Source: an uncultured Gemmatimonadaceae bacterium
Lineage (GTDB): Bacteria > Gemmatimonadota > Gemmatimonadetes > Gemmatimonadales > Gemmatimonadaceae
Direction: 5' to 3'
Assembly: GCA_963817955.1 (NCBI GenBank)
Contig: CAWFQK010000004.1
Location: 640,001 to 704,000, forward strand
Length of the DNA stretch: 64,000 bases
In this document: piece by piece, positions 1 through 13,020 of the stretch
Position numbering within the stretch: the stretch's first letter is position 1
Layout: the number at the start of each line of letters is the position of its first letter
Translations under genes and position numbers: made by a program
The notes under the pieces: model-generated
Told to the model about the DNA's origin: nothing
The model's input: the letters and a program-made list of their open reading frames with translations, nothing else
The model's database searches: none

Positions 1-1476
<1,476 letters not shown>

Positions 1477-1477
<1 letters not shown>

Positions 1478-2028
1478 TACTGCAAGCTCGCTATATACGG
1501 AAGGTGCCGGAAGTTCTCTGCGTGATCCAATCCATACCCCACCAGGAACTCGTTAGGTGCATCGAACCCGATGAAACGCGTCGGATACCGCAGCTCGGTT
1601 GCCAAGTTCTTATGCAGCAACGCGCAAATTTCCAAGGAACGCGGTTTCCGTGCCCGGAGTATGTCCATCAGCCGGCTCAGGGTGCGACCGGTGTCGACAA
1701 TGTCCTCCACCAGCAGGATATGCTTTCCCTCGAGTTCGGTTTCCGGGTCGTACAACAAGCGGACGTTTCCGCTGGACACCGTGGAGTCGCCGTAGCTAGA
1801 GGCGACGAGGAAATCCACCTGAAGCGGACGCACTACTTCACGTACCAGATCACTGAGAAATATAAAGCTCCCTTTGAGGAGCCCTAGCATCAGCAGCTCG
1901 CCCTCAGGATAGGTGGTCGTGATTTCGGCGCCCAGCTCACGGACGCGCTCGGCAATCTGCTCTTTCGAGTACGCGATGCGGTCGACGGCGCGACCGAGCA
2001 GTCGCGGATCAGCGATTGATGTATTCAC
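1477..2028 (-). CDS. hpt: hypoxanthine phosphoribosyltransferase
   Basis: [16 protein letters not shown]-binding [14 protein letters not shown] and FLVGYGLD; canonical tilS-hpt-ftsH order; GTG start at 2028 assumed. Confidence 0.96.
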
Positions 2029-3313
2029 ACACGAAAGGTAACCCCGGTCGACCGGACCGGTCGGGTGCCACATCGCCGTGGCGCACTCCAGGAATCCAGA
2101 CGATCTGGTCCCCGGCCAACACTACGGGCCACAGGGCTCGTTCGTGTCCGGTAACCCCCGCATCCGACAGGAAATACTTCACCTTTCGTGGGGCACCTGC
2201 CCCGTGCGCGGTCATGACGTCTCCCGCTTGCCATGCGCGGATCGACAGCGGCTGATCCGTAGGCAGCCAGGCAGACCAGGAATCGGCACTGGATGGGCGC
2301 GCCGATGGTTCGAACCACCAGTCGCCCCAACGGGTTGCATTTGATAGCTCCAGCGTCGCGGCGGTCGCCTGGGCGCCTCCGGACGCGCGGAGCTGGAAGG
2401 CGTCGCGCGAGCGCGTCACCTGCCATCCCCCCGCGAGTTGCATTCGGGCCCCAACGCGCCCCTGCTTCGTGAATTCAGCCAAGCGCGCCGTGCCGCGACG
2501 ATCGAGGATCAACCCGGACCGAGCGGCAATGGCTGGCCACAACGCGGCCAATTCGCGTTCAGTGTGCTGCCCAATGGACGCCGCACATATGTCGAGTCCA
2601 TGCCCGTCGGCAACCACCCGCATCTCGACGGACGCCGAGACATGAATTTCGAGATCATCACGCCAACGCGCCGCCTTGCGCGCCACCGCGAGCAAGTCAT
2701 CCTCGATTGATGGGCGCACGTGGCGCAGCGCCGGCAGCAGATCGTGACGCACTCGATTGCGGAAGTACCGCGGGGACATGTTCGACGGGTCCTCCACCCA
2801 GGACAGTCCTTGAGCGCGGGCATATCGCGTGAGATCACGCCGTCTGGTACGCAGCAGCGGACGGACGATGTCGCTTTCAGCGTAGAGGCCGGCGAGCCCA
2901 CGCGCACCGGCGCCACGCAGCACGCGCATGAGGACGGTCTCCACTTGGTCATCTTCCGTATGTGCGGTGCAGACCGCGGCGCCTGTCGCGGCGCTGACCC
3001 CGCGCAGAAAGCGCCAGCGCGCATCCCGGAACTCGGCCTCGCTCGACAGCGCCCCTGTCGCCCGCCCGGTGACGCATTCGATGCCGAGCGTCGCAGCGAA
3101 CTCTTCAACAAGTGTTCGCGCAGCCGTCGCGGCCATGCCAGTGCCGTGGTCGAATGTCGCCACGGTCAGGTGGTCGCGCGAGACCGTGACCGCCGCGGCG
3201 TCGAGGAGAACCATGGAATCGAGGCCGCCAGAGACGGCGAGGACCACGCGCCCATGACGGTTGAGCGTGGCGCGAACAGATTGGCGAATCGACGTCGTCT
3301 CACGGATCGACAC
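2009..3313 (-). CDS. tilS: tRNA(Ile)-lysidine synthetase
   Basis: PP-loop AVSGGLDSM, AHTEDDQVET, RPLL and DPSN..RNRVRH. Start uncertain (3313 GTG or 3334 ATG). Confidence 0.93.
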   Translation of the reverse strand: MSIRETTSIRQSVRATLNRHGRVVLAVSGGLDSMVLLDAAAVTVSRDHLTVATFDHGTGMAATAARTLVEEFAATLGIECVTGRATGALSSEAEFRDARWRFLRGVSAATGAAVCTAHTEDDQVETVLMRVLRGAGARGLAGLYAESDIVRPLLRTRRRDLTRYARAQGLSWVEDPSNMSPRYFRNRVRHDLLPALRHVRPSIEDDLLAVARKAARWRDDLEIHVSASVEMRVVADGHGLDICAASIGQHTERELAALWPAIAARSGLILDRRGTARLAEFTKQGRVGARMQLAGGWQVTRSRDAFQLRASGGAQATAATLELSNATRWGDWWFEPSARPSSADSWSAWLPTDQPLSIRAWQAGDVMTAHGAGAPRKVKYFLSDAGVTGHERALWPVVLAGDQIVWIPGVRHGDVAPDRSGRPGLPFVCEYINR

Positions 3314-3416
3314 AATAAATAAGATAGTACACATATTGCTGGATAGCCGGTCACTGGAACGCCGTCGCCGCCGCGGGTATACTTCGGGTGCCGGTTCATC
3401 TGACAGGAGTGTTCGC

Positions 3417-3596
3417 ATGGAAACTCACGGTCCGCTTGGCACCCTTTGGGTCAGCCTGGCGCTCGGCTGCTTCTATATTGCGCTCCTCTGGTTGAATACA
3501 CTGCTCGGATTCTTGCTGACGCCGTTGTTCGTCATTCCGGCGACATGGGTGCAGGATCGGGTGAGTGATATGCGCCGCACGATGTCGCAACGCTGA
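3417..3596 (+). CDS. small hypothetical membrane protein (59 aa)
   Basis: CAGGAG SD about 7 nt upstream of ATG; long hydrophobic stretch LWVSLALGCFYIALLWLNTLLGFLLTPLFVIPA. Confidence 0.6.
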   Translation: METHGPLGTLWVSLALGCFYIALLWLNTLLGFLLTPLFVIPATWVQDRVSDMRRTMSQR

Positions 3597-3675
3597 GCCG
3601 ACGGCGAATGGATTCGCATGTGCAAGGACGGGGATGATTCCCCGTCTTTTTTTTGCGTCCCGTGTCCCGTGTCCC

Positions 3676-6564
3676 ATGTCCTGGCTCAGACGCGCTGTCC
3701 TGATCCTGATTCTCGTGCCGGCGGTGGCGAACGCCCAATTCACCGTGCGCACGTGGCTGCCCTGGCGCACCATCGAGACCCCGCATTTCGCGTTTCACTA
3801 TCCGAGGGAGCTCGACGCGTGGACGCAAAGTGTCGCGCTGCGCGTGGAGGCAATCGATTCGGCGGTGTCGCGGCTCGTCGGCTACACGCCGGCGCGTAAG
3901 ACGCACGTTGTCGTCGACGATCCCTATGAAACGCCGAACGGGTCGGCCTGGCCGTATCTCAACGGGCCGGTGATCAGCCTCTGGGCGACACCGCCCGATC
4001 CGCGCGATGACATTGGCGAGTTTCGTGTGTGGGGGGAAATGGTGGTGTCGCACGAATTCGCGCACATCGCGCACCTGACGCGACCTTCGCGGAACGCGTT
4101 TACCAGGCATCTGTGGCAGGCCCTGCCGGTGGACATCGGTCCCGTGGCCATGCGCGCGCCCCGGTGGGCAATCGAAGGCTACGCTACGTACATCGAAGGA
4201 CGCGTCACAGGATCCGGCCGGCCCCATGGCGCATGGCGTGCAGCCTTTCTCCGCCAGTGGGCGCTCGAAGGCCAGTTGCCGCACTACGAACAGCTCGACT
4301 CCTGGGGCGCGTATGCGGGAGGAGAGTTCGCCTATCTTGCCGGTTCGGCGTACCTCGAATGGCTCGTCGCCCACCACGGAGACTCGAGCCTCGTTCAGGT
4401 CTGGCGACGGCTCAGCGCCAAGCAGACACGCACCTTCGATCAAGCATTCACCGGCGTGTTTGGCGAAAGCCCACGCGCCCTGTATGGACAGTTCACCACG
4501 GACCTCACCGCGAATGCGCTCGCCGCGCAACGTCTCATTCGCGCGGCGGGTACGGACACCGGCGCCATCGTGCAACGGTTGTCGTGGGGCACTGGCGATC
4601 CGGCCGTTTCGGCCGATGGACAGCGAATTGTAATTGTACTTCGCTCACCGACGGAAGCCTCGCGCGTGGTGATCTGGGGTTCGGCGCCTGAACCGGACAC
4701 CGGGAAAGCGCGGCGTGATTCCCTGCTGCTCCGCGCAGATCCAGAAGATGTGCCAGCGCGCGCCATCTACCCCGCTCCCAAGAAGGTGCTCGCCACATTG
4801 CGATCGAACGGCGCGTCGTATGACTCACCGCGTTTTCTGCGCGATGGACGGGTGCTGCTCTGGAAGAGTACACCCGTTGGAAACGGCTCATTTCGTCCCG
4901 ACCTTTTCCTGTGGGATCCACGGCGTCACCAGGTACGCCGAGTGACGCATGGAGCGTCGGTCCGCGACGGCGACCCATCTCCCGACGGACGCACCGCCGT
5001 GGCCGCGCGCTGTCATTCAGGATGGTGCGATCTGGTGTCGGTTGATTTGAATGACGGTGCGGTTCGCGTCATCGCGGCCGGGAGTCCCACTCGTTCGTTT
5101 TACCGTCCTCGGATCCGGCCCGGCGGCCGGGACGCAATCGTGTCCGTCCACGACGGAGCATCCTGGCAGCTCGCGCTCGTAACGCTCGCCACCGGCGAGA
5201 TGAGACACCTCGCAACGCCATCCGGTGCGAACTGGTATGACGCCGCGTGGGTGAATGCCACGCAGGTTGTCGCGGTGAGCGAGCGTGGCGGCGTGGCGAA
5301 CATTACGAGCGTCAACGTCGACAGCGCCGAGACACGGGTGCTCACTGCCGTTACTGGGGCAGCCGTGGCGCCGGAACCGAACCCGCGCGACAGCAGCATT
5401 CTCTTCCTATCACTCTATTCGCGCGGCTACGATCTTCGGTCCGTGCCGCGTGGCGGAACCACCGATGCTGCCGTGTCATTGCCGTCGGAGTTGACGCCCG
5501 CTGCCTCACCCCCGCCGCGGCCCCGCCGAGAGTTTCCGGCGAACGGCGTTTCAGCGCCACAGCCCTTTGCGCTGACGCCGCGCCTCTTCCGTTGGATTCC
5601 TCAGCCAGAGTTCGACGCCGACGGCATGAGTCTGGGACTCGGTTTGGTGAGCAACGACATGATTGGACGAAGCGAGGTGATCGCCAAGTTTGCGCTCGGC
5701 GACGCCGCCATGTGGCGCGGCGGCGCGCTCAATACAAACTGGCGTGGGACGCGTCCTGCGATTCACGTCCAATTCTTCGCCGCCGAACAACGTCCGAGCG
5801 AAAGCCACTTGCCGGTAGCGCGGCCGATCGACCTCGATGCGCGGCTGAGCGGCGCCACGTTGGCCGTGGACGGCACGCAGCAATACGAGCGTTGGGCATC
5901 GCGGCTGCGCGCCGGCGGAAGCGTCGGCCAGGCAACGATGCTCGCGGCGCAGACGCCGTCGTCGGCCGAATCGTCGGCCATTCGCGCCCTCGTGTTCGCC
6001 GACGGCGCGCTGGCCTGGACCCAGCGCGGCGCCTTGGCGAGCGTAACCGAATCGTTCGGGGTCAACGCCACCGCCGGGCAGTCGTTCTCCAATCGCTTTT
6101 CGCGGGGCGTCGTGACCGCGAGCCTCTCATCGTCTGGCCAGCGCGCGTTTCCGCTCGGCGTCTCCGCGCTCTACGGTCGCACCAACGCCGACGCCCCGCC
6201 GTTCGAGCAGTTTGCGCTCGGCGGCGGAGCATCGCCGATCATCGATCGCGTGCTGCTCTCCCAACGCGTGACCATGCCAGCACTACCGACAGCCATGAGC
6301 GTGAACTCGTCGGTGTTCACATATCGGGCGACATTGGCCGCCGCGCCATTCGTGTGGTATTGGTGGGCGGGCAGCACGGCGGCGGCCGGCGAGCGGTTCA
6401 CCGCGTGGCAGCGCGTGGCCGGCCTGGAGTGGTCGGAGGCGGTCGGTCCGATCGCCATCGCCGGGACACCCGCGGCACGCATCCAGATTGGCGTCGGCGA
6501 GTCATTAGACGCGCCGTTCCGGCATCGGGTGCGGGCGTACCTGAACCTCGTCCTGGACCCCTAG
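3676..6564 (+). CDS. secreted multidomain protein: gluzincin-like peptidase domain + TolB-like beta-propeller + probable C-terminal outer-membrane beta-barrel
   Basis: Signal peptide [25 protein letters not shown] with downstream [21 protein letters not shown] repeats; amphipathic beta-rich C-terminus. Confidence 0.75.
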   Translation: MSWLRRAVLILILVPAVANAQFTVRTWLPWRTIETPHFAFHYPRELDAWTQSVALRVEAIDSAVSRLVGYTPARKTHVVVDDPYETPNGSAWPYLNGPVISLWATPPDPRDDIGEFRVWGEMVVSHEFAHIAHLTRPSRNAFTRHLWQALPVDIGPVAMRAPRWAIEGYATYIEGRVTGSGRPHGAWRAAFLRQWALEGQLPHYEQLDSWGAYAGGEFAYLAGSAYLEWLVAHHGDSSLVQVWRRLSAKQTRTFDQAFTGVFGESPRALYGQFTTDLTANALAAQRLIRAAGTDTGAIVQRLSWGTGDPAVSADGQRIVIVLRSPTEASRVVIWGSAPEPDTGKARRDSLLLRADPEDVPARAIYPAPKKVLATLRSNGASYDSPRFLRDGRVLLWKSTPVGNGSFRPDLFLWDPRRHQVRRVTHGASVRDGDPSPDGRTAVAARCHSGWCDLVSVDLNDGAVRVIAAGSPTRSFYRPRIRPGGRDAIVSVHDGASWQLALVTLATGEMRHLATPSGANWYDAAWVNATQVVAVSERGGVANITSVNVDSAETRVLTAVTGAAVAPEPNPRDSSILFLSLYSRGYDLRSVPRGGTTDAAVSLPSELTPAASPPPRPRREFPANGVSAPQPFALTPRLFRWIPQPEFDADGMSLGLGLVSNDMIGRSEVIAKFALGDAAMWRGGALNTNWRGTRPAIHVQFFAAEQRPSESHLPVARPIDLDARLSGATLAVDGTQQYERWASRLRAGGSVGQATMLAAQTPSSAESSAIRALVFADGALAWTQRGALASVTESFGVNATAGQSFSNRFSRGVVTASLSSSGQRAFPLGVSALYGRTNADAPPFEQFALGGGASPIIDRVLLSQRVTMPALPTAMSVNSSVFTYRATLAAAPFVWYWWAGSTAAAGERFTAWQRVAGLEWSEAVGPIAIAGTPAARIQIGVGESLDAPFRHRVRAYLNLVLDP

Positions 6565-7878
6565 CGCATCACCGACGATCGGCGAGACCATCGGCCGGAA
6601 CTGTTCCGTTTCGGTCGATCCGGCCAGAGCGGCCGTGGACGCGAGGCCGCCGGTGATCGTGGTCAGGATGGAATCGAAGTAGCCGGCCCCCGCCTCACGT
6701 TGATGTTTCGTGGCGGTGTAGCCAACCGATTCACTCGCGAACTCCTGAGCCTGCATGCGGACGTATGCCGGCATGCCCTCGGCGACGTATGCTTTGGCAA
6801 GCTCGAACGTGTAGAGGTTGATGAGATGCCAACCGGCGAGCGTGATGAACTGGAACGCATATCCCATTGCCGCCAGCTCGCGCTGGAACTTGGCAATCGT
6901 GGCCGCGTCGAGATTGTGCTCCCAGTTGAACGACGGCGAGCAGTTGTAGGCGAGCGCCTTATTTGGATATTCGGCGTGAATACCCTCGGCGAACGACTTC
7001 GCTTCGGCCAGGTCGGGAGTAGCAGTCTCGCACCACACGACATCGGCGTATCTGGCGTACGCACGTCCGCGCGCCACGGCCGACCGCATCCCGCCCTTCA
7101 CACGATAGTATCCCTCGGGCGTCCGGTCGCGGGAAATGAACTCGCGGTCGCGCTCGTCAGCGTCGCTCATCAGCAGCGTCGCGCCCAGCGCATCCGTGCG
7201 CGCAATGATCACCGTCGGTATGTCGAGCACGTCGGCAGCCAGGCGGGCCCCGGCCAGCGTACGCTCGAACTGCGCAGTGGGCACAAGCACCTTGCCGCCC
7301 ATGTGTCCGCACTTTTTTTCCGATGCGAGCTGGTCTTCGAAGTGCACGCCCGCGGCGCCGGCCTCGATCATCGATTTCATCAACTCGAACGCGTGCAGCG
7401 GACCACCGAACCCCGCTTCGGCGTCGGCCACGATCGGCACGAGCCAATCGCGATCACCTTTTCCCTCGCTCCACTCCACCTGATCGGCTCGCAACAAGGC
7501 ATTGTTCAACCGGCGAACGAGCGCGGGCACCGAGTTACTCGGGTACAAGCTCTGATCCGGGTAGGTGTGTCCCGCCAGGTTGGCGTCGGCGGCAACCTGC
7601 CACCCGCTCAGGTAGATCGCCTGCAGGCCGGCGCGAACCATCTGGACGGCCTGCGCGCCGGTCATCGCGCCAAACGTCCGAACACTGGATCCAGAGTTGA
7701 GTAGTTCCCACAACCGATCGGCACCGAGGCGCGCGAGTGTATGCTCGATGCGCACCGAGCCGCGCAATCGCACTACCTCGTCGGCTGAATAGCCACGGCT
7801 GATGCCATTCCACCGCGGATCGTTCGCCCATTCACGGTCGATCGCACGACCTTCGTCATTCGCTCGCGTCACGTCCAT
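6505..7878 (-). CDS. aceA: isocitrate lyase
   Basis: [12 protein letters not shown], catalytic [24 protein letters not shown]. Confidence 0.98.
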   Translation of the reverse strand: MDVTRANDEGRAIDREWANDPRWNGISRGYSADEVVRLRGSVRIEHTLARLGADRLWELLNSGSSVRTFGAMTGAQAVQMVRAGLQAIYLSGWQVAADANLAGHTYPDQSLYPSNSVPALVRRLNNALLRADQVEWSEGKGDRDWLVPIVADAEAGFGGPLHAFELMKSMIEAGAAGVHFEDQLASEKKCGHMGGKVLVPTAQFERTLAGARLAADVLDIPTVIIARTDALGATLLMSDADERDREFISRDRTPEGYYRVKGGMRSAVARGRAYARYADVVWCETATPDLAEAKSFAEGIHAEYPNKALAYNCSPSFNWEHNLDAATIAKFQRELAAMGYAFQFITLAGWHLINLYTFELAKAYVAEGMPAYVRMQAQEFASESVGYTATKHQREAGAGYFDSILTTITGGLASTAALAGSTETEQFRPMVSPIVGDALGVQDEVQVRPHPMPERRV

Positions 7879-7900
7879 CGCGTGTCCTCCGCTGGAGCGG

Positions 7901-9502
7901 CTAGTGGTTGTCGCGGTCGTTCAATAATCGGTATCCCGGTATGGTGAGGAATTCCTGGAATTCTCCGAGCACGAGGAGATCGAGCAAGGCCGACGCGTCG
8001 TCCCACCGTGCCCCCTCGCGGCCGTCGGCCTTCAGGGAATGGATGACACGATCGCGAATTTCCTTGTACCCCTGCGCACTCATCGTGCCGTCATCGGCGA
8101 TCGGCGATTCGTGCTGCACCCACTGCCAGAGCTGCGAGCGCGAGATCTCGGCCGTGGCGGCATCTTCCATGAGATTGTGGATCGCCACCGCGCCCTGTCC
8201 ACGGAGCCATGACTCGATGTATTGCAGGGCGACATCGACATTTGTTTCGATACCGGTGAGCGTCACGGCACCGTTCGCGATGGCAAAGTCGGTCAGCTGC
8301 GACGCGTCCACTTTCACATCATCGCGCAGGCGCTCCTTCTGATGCGGCTTGCTGCCGAGGACGCGGTCGAACACCTCGCGCGCCACGGGAACGAGGTCGG
8401 GGTGAGCGACCCAGGTGCCATCGAAGCCATCACCTGACTCGCGCTCTTTGTCCTCGCGTACCTTCGCCAGCGCACGCTCGGTGACGTCGGGGTCCTTCCG
8501 GCTTGGAATGAATGCCGCCATGCCGCCAATGGCATGCGCGCCGCGCCGGTGACAGGTCTTGACGAGCAATTGCGTATAGCTGCGCATGAAGGGCACCGTC
8601 ATCGTGAGCTGCGCGCGATCGGGCAGCACGCAGTCGGCGCGATGCCGGAAGGTCTTGATGACGCTGAAGAGATAATCCCAGCGGCCGGCGTTCAGGCCCG
8701 CGGAGTGCTCGCGCAACTCGTACAGGATCTCATCCATCTCGAAGGCAGCAAGGATCGTCTCGATCAGGACCGTGGCGCGCACGCTGCCGCGCGGGAGACC
8801 CAGCGAATCTTGCGCGAAGTTGAACACATCGTTCCAGAGCCGCGCTTCGAGGTGGCTCTCCATCTTCGGCAGATAGAAATACGGGCCGGTACCGCGGGCA
8901 AGCAGCTCACGCGCATTGTGGAAGAAATAGAGGCCGAAGTCGAACAGGCTGGCCGACACCGGAGCCCCGTCGACGATCAGGTGCGATTCCGTGAGATGCC
9001 AGCCGCGCGGACGGACGACGAGTGTCGCAATCTCCTGGTTCAGCCGATACGACTTGCCTTCCGGCGAGTCGAGCGACAGTTCCCGTCGTACGGCGTCCAT
9101 GAGGTTTGACTGACCGTCGACGACGTTCTCCCAGGTCGGCGACAACGCGTCCTCCAGGTCTGCCATGAAGACCTTCGCACCGGAATTGAGGGCGTTGATC
9201 ATCATCTTGCGGTCGACGGGCCCGGTGATCTCGACGCGTCGGTCATTGAGATCGGGTGGCGCTGGCGCAACGCGCCACCCGCCTTCGCGCACTACGGCCG
9301 TATCGGCTAGAAAATCCAATCGTTCGCCGCCACGGATTCGCACGCGTCTCTCGGCACGGCGCGCAAGGTTTGCTTCGCGCCTCGGGCCGAATTCGCGCTG
9401 CAGCCGCGCCACGAATTCAATGGCGTCAGACGTGAGGACACGCGCCGACTCACGGGTCGGCGCGGCAGCGATCGTAACGTCGTCGGCCGCGTGAATGGTC
9501 AT
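7901..9502 (-). CDS. aceB: malate synthase A
   Basis: [58 protein letters not shown]. Confidence 0.98.
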   Translation of the reverse strand: MTIHAADDVTIAAAPTRESARVLTSDAIEFVARLQREFGPRREANLARRAERRVRIRGGERLDFLADTAVVREGGWRVAPAPPDLNDRRVEITGPVDRKMMINALNSGAKVFMADLEDALSPTWENVVDGQSNLMDAVRRELSLDSPEGKSYRLNQEIATLVVRPRGWHLTESHLIVDGAPVSASLFDFGLYFFHNARELLARGTGPYFYLPKMESHLEARLWNDVFNFAQDSLGLPRGSVRATVLIETILAAFEMDEILYELREHSAGLNAGRWDYLFSVIKTFRHRADCVLPDRAQLTMTVPFMRSYTQLLVKTCHRRGAHAIGGMAAFIPSRKDPDVTERALAKVREDKERESGDGFDGTWVAHPDLVPVAREVFDRVLGSKPHQKERLRDDVKVDASQLTDFAIANGAVTLTGIETNVDVALQYIESWLRGQGAVAIHNLMEDAATAEISRSQLWQWVQHESPIADDGTMSAQGYKEIRDRVIHSLKADGREGARWDDASALLDLLVLGEFQEFLTIPGYRLLNDRDNH

Positions 9503-9751
9503 CGAAGGCTCCGATTGTGAGGGGAATCGATGGAGCCTCGAGCTAAATATATGCCAACGATTAGGACTATTTACCGACGACAGGTGAGCCCGTTCGACCT
9601 ATATTACGCCACCCTGCGCCGTGGGGGGGGCGGGGAGGGCAGCACCGGAGAAGTCAGGAGCGCCGAGTGGGCACGAAGCTCCACGTTCGGCCGCCACATG
9701 CGACGGGCGATTCAAACGAAATCGTCCACGCTACCACCAGGAGGACGGAAG

Positions 9752-11146
9752 ATGAAGTTTCACCGTGCTACACGGGTGTTGCTCGCGTCTGCGGTTCTCG
9801 CCATACCAGCCAGTGTATCGGCCCAGGCATTCGGGCTGAACGAAATTGGCTCCTGCGCGATCGCCCGGGGATTCGCCACGACGGCGTCCCCATGTAAGGA
9901 TGCCTCTACCATTTATTGGAATTCGGCGGCCGCAACGCGGCTCACCGGTTGGAACGTGACCGCCGGCGTCGCGTCGATCGCCGTCAAGGGCGACTTCCTG
10001 CAGGACACGACAGGGCGGAGTTGGGATACCGAAATTCCCACGGCGTACGTCCCGCACGTATTCGTCAACTATCATGCGCCCTCGAGCAGGGCCGCGTGGG
10101 GTCTGGGGTTTTACGTCCCCTATGGCTTGACGTCCCAATGGGGCTCGGATTTCCCTGGCCGATTCTCGGCGATGAAGGCTTCACTGAAGACCTTCTATAT
10201 ACAGCCGAACATCGCGTGGCAGCTCACACCGAAGTGGTCCATCGGCGGCGGGCCGATCGTTGGCCACTCAACTGTAGAGCTGATTCAGGGCATCGATCTG
10301 TCGACGCAGATTGCAGCGCCGAATACGACATTCGGCCAGCTCGGCATCGCGACCGGTACCGAGTTCGCCCGCGCCACATTGAAAGGCAGCGCCACGGGAT
10401 ACGGCGCGCAGGTCGCAATCGTCGGCCAACCGACGCCTGAATGGAGCATCGGCGCACGATACCTGTCGCCAATCACGTTCAAGTACGACAACGCCGACGC
10501 CACCTTCCAACAGATTCCTACGAATCTGGTCCTCGGCGGCTCGCTACAGCCGCCGTTAACGGTGGGCACACCGGTCGATCTGCTAGTGGCGGGCCAGTTT
10601 GCCGCTGGCGGCGCACTGGTCGCCCAGAAAGCGTCGACGACGATCACGCATCCGGCACAGTTTCAGGCGGGCGTCGCCTACTCAGGGTACCGGAACTGGC
10701 TGCTCGAGGGTGACTACGCTTGGGTTGGCTGGAACAGATTCAACACATTGCCGGTGCGGTTCGCCGGTCCGGCCAGCAGCTCGAATAGAGACCTGATCGA
10801 GGCCTACAACAACTCATCAGCCATCCGTCTGGGCGTCGAGTACACCATTCCCACGGACGGATGGAAGCTGCGCGCCGGCTTCGCCGGTGTGTCCAGCGCT
10901 GCCCCGGCGGAAACCGTGACGCCGCTCCTTCCCGAGCAGGACCGTAATTACGCGTCGTTCGGCGCAGGCATTCCGATCATGCACACGTGGACGCTCGATG
11001 CGACGTATTCGCACGTGTACACGCCGGGCGCCCGGGGCCGCATTGTAGAGCGCACGAGCCTCACGCAGACTGCGGCACAATTGAATACCGGCGTATACAC
11101 ACTGGCGGCGAATATTTTCTCGCTGACACTCAAGGCCAACTTCTAA
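9752..11146 (+). CDS. FadL/OmpP1-family long-chain fatty acid outer-membrane transporter
   Basis: GGAGG SD; signal peptide then AFGLNEIG, DASTIYWNSA, PYGL..W; terminal Phe. Confidence 0.88.
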   Translation: MKFHRATRVLLASAVLAIPASVSAQAFGLNEIGSCAIARGFATTASPCKDASTIYWNSAAATRLTGWNVTAGVASIAVKGDFLQDTTGRSWDTEIPTAYVPHVFVNYHAPSSRAAWGLGFYVPYGLTSQWGSDFPGRFSAMKASLKTFYIQPNIAWQLTPKWSIGGGPIVGHSTVELIQGIDLSTQIAAPNTTFGQLGIATGTEFARATLKGSATGYGAQVAIVGQPTPEWSIGARYLSPITFKYDNADATFQQIPTNLVLGGSLQPPLTVGTPVDLLVAGQFAAGGALVAQKASTTITHPAQFQAGVAYSGYRNWLLEGDYAWVGWNRFNTLPVRFAGPASSSNRDLIEAYNNSSAIRLGVEYTIPTDGWKLRAGFAGVSSAAPAETVTPLLPEQDRNYASFGAGIPIMHTWTLDATYSHVYTPGARGRIVERTSLTQTAAQLNTGVYTLAANIFSLTLKANF

Positions 11147-11165
11147 CCGCCCAGGAGAATCTCGG

Positions 11166-12416
11166 ATGTCTCGCACGCAAGCAGTGCTTCGCGGCGCCCT
11201 CCTGACGGGCGCAGCCGCCGTGATGGTCGCATGTGGTGAGGCTGGGACTGTCGTCAACCCGCCCGTAAACAACGCGATCTTCCAGAGCTACGTCGCACTC
11301 GGAAACAGCATTACAGCCGGTTACCAATCGGGCGGCATCAACGATTCCACCCAGAAGCTGGCCTATCCGGTGCTGCTGGCGCACCAGATGGGGACGCGGT
11401 TCGCATACCCATCGCTCAGCATGCCAGGGTGCGCTCCGCCGGTCAACAACTTTCTGGCCGGCACGCGCGTGACGCTCTCTGGGCAGCCGGCCTCGACCGC
11501 CCTCACCTGCGGGCCCGTCGGGGGTGCTCCGCGCAACCTGGCATCGGTGTCGGCGACGATCAACAACGTCGCTGTACCGGGCATCGCCACGGCCGATCCG
11601 TTCGCATCGGGGGCAACTGCGCCGAACAACAACGCGCTCATGCAGTTGTTCCTGGGCGGCGAAACGATGGACCGGAAGGCGCTCGACAATCAGCCAACGT
11701 TCGCGACGGTGTGGGTGGGGAATAACGACATCCTGGCACCGGCGCTCAACGGATTCCCGTCCACGGCGACGCCCGTGGCGACGTTCACGGCCAACTACGC
11801 CAAGATGATGAACGAGCTGATCGCGGGCGCACCGGGCCTCAAGGGTGTGCTGATCGGAGTGGTTCAGGTGGCGGCCGCCCCGTTGATGTTCCAGGCGGCG
11901 CTGATCCGGAGTCCTGCAATAGCAGCCGCAGCAGCTTCGGTGGCTGGGCGGGCGGTAACGCTGGATCCGAACACCTGCACGGCGGGGGTTGGAGATAACG
12001 CGCTAATCAACTTCCAAGCGTTGGCGGCAATCAAGTCGCGTCCGTTGGCACAGCCGGGCACGATCTACTGTTTCCCGGTACTCGGGGGCGGTGCCACCGA
12101 TCCGGGCGATGCCGGCATCCTCGACATCACCGAGCAGGCTACCGTGACCGCGCTGATCAACGGGTATAATGCCTATATCAAGGCAAAGGCAGACAGCATC
12201 GGATTCGGCTACTATGATCCGAACCCCCTCCTGGCGTCCCTCAAGGCCAACGGATCAGTCCCGGCATTTCCGAACCTGACGAGCGCTCAGCCGTTCGGGA
12301 TCTACTTCTCGCTGGACGGTGTCCACCCAACTGGGGCAGCACACCTGCTGATCGCGAACGACTTGATCACGTTGATCAACGGCAAGTTCGGCACGAGCCT
12401 CACGCCGGCGCAGTAA
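11166..12416 (+). CDS. SGNH/GDSL hydrolase-family lipoprotein
   Basis: Lipobox MVAC; block I YVALGNSITAG; block III GNND; block V SLDGVHP; AGGAG SD. Confidence 0.87.
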   Translation: MSRTQAVLRGALLTGAAAVMVACGEAGTVVNPPVNNAIFQSYVALGNSITAGYQSGGINDSTQKLAYPVLLAHQMGTRFAYPSLSMPGCAPPVNNFLAGTRVTLSGQPASTALTCGPVGGAPRNLASVSATINNVAVPGIATADPFASGATAPNNNALMQLFLGGETMDRKALDNQPTFATVWVGNNDILAPALNGFPSTATPVATFTANYAKMMNELIAGAPGLKGVLIGVVQVAAAPLMFQAALIRSPAIAAAAASVAGRAVTLDPNTCTAGVGDNALINFQALAAIKSRPLAQPGTIYCFPVLGGGATDPGDAGILDITEQATVTALINGYNAYIKAKADSIGFGYYDPNPLLASLKANGSVPAFPNLTSAQPFGIYFSLDGVHPTGAAHLLIANDLITLINGKFGTSLTPAQ

Positions 12417-12431
12417 CAGTAGTTCCGCGAT

Positions 12432-12476
12432 GAATAAGGAAGGGGGCGGGCCTCGAGGCCGCCCCCTTCCTTATTC
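12432..12476 (+). terminator. strong hairpin ending the fadL-SGNH unit
   Basis: 18-bp perfect inverted repeat GAATAAGGAAGGGGGCGG / CCGCCCCCTTCCTTATTC, 15 nt after the stop codon. Confidence 0.8.
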
Positions 12477-12522
12477 GTGGGTCCGTGAAATGAGTGGGCG
12501 AATTGATGGGTTCCCTGGGGCC

Positions 12523-12793
12523 ACAGAACAGCTTTTAACGCAGAGGTCGCAGAGAACTGCAGGAGAACTACAGAGAACTGCAGAGGAACACCGACCAAAT
12601 CTTATCCGGATGTCTTGGATGATGCCTTCGTGACGCTGGGTCCCGAAGCTGAGAGCTGAGATCAGCTGAGAGATGGGATCAAGAGATGGGATCATCCGAC
12701 TGGTGCATCGACTCTCGCGTTCCACCTCTACGCGCTTCTCTCTTGCAGTTCTCTTGCTGTTCTCTTGCTGTTCTCTGTGTCCTCTGCGTTAAG
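12523..12793. repeat. inverted-repeat-bounded element (AACGCAGAG/GAGAACTGCA family), copy 1
   Basis: The arms TTAACGCAGAGGTCGCAGAGAACTGCAGGAGAACT... and ...GTTCTCTGTGTCCTCTGCGTTAA face each other. Homologous, in the opposite orientation, to 43330-43620. Confidence 0.8.
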
Positions 12794-13020
12794 AAGTATG
12801 ACGTCCTGTCCTCGAGACGTCGGGAGTGGCGGGGTGACCTCGATGAGCCGAAGACCGAAGATGAAAGTCTCATTGAACACGCCATCGTATCAATTGTGAT
12901 ATCGCTACAATATGGTTTGGTGCAACAACATAGGCATTCTGATGTGACGAACGATATCACATGATTCTCCACACGGGCCCCATGCGTCACAGAAGGTCGG
13001 AATTCACCCAGATCGCGCCA

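Noticed and set aside
6505..6564. Convergent overlaps (aceA with the upstream fusion gene, 60 nt; also 36033-36105)
   Set aside because: Most simply explained by stop-codon drift in GC-rich DNA; no evidence of function.
12895..12961. TGTGATATCG / CGATATCACA inverted pair upstream of the nitronate monooxygenase gene
   Set aside because: Could be an operator, but the spacing fits no regulator I can name; too weak to call.
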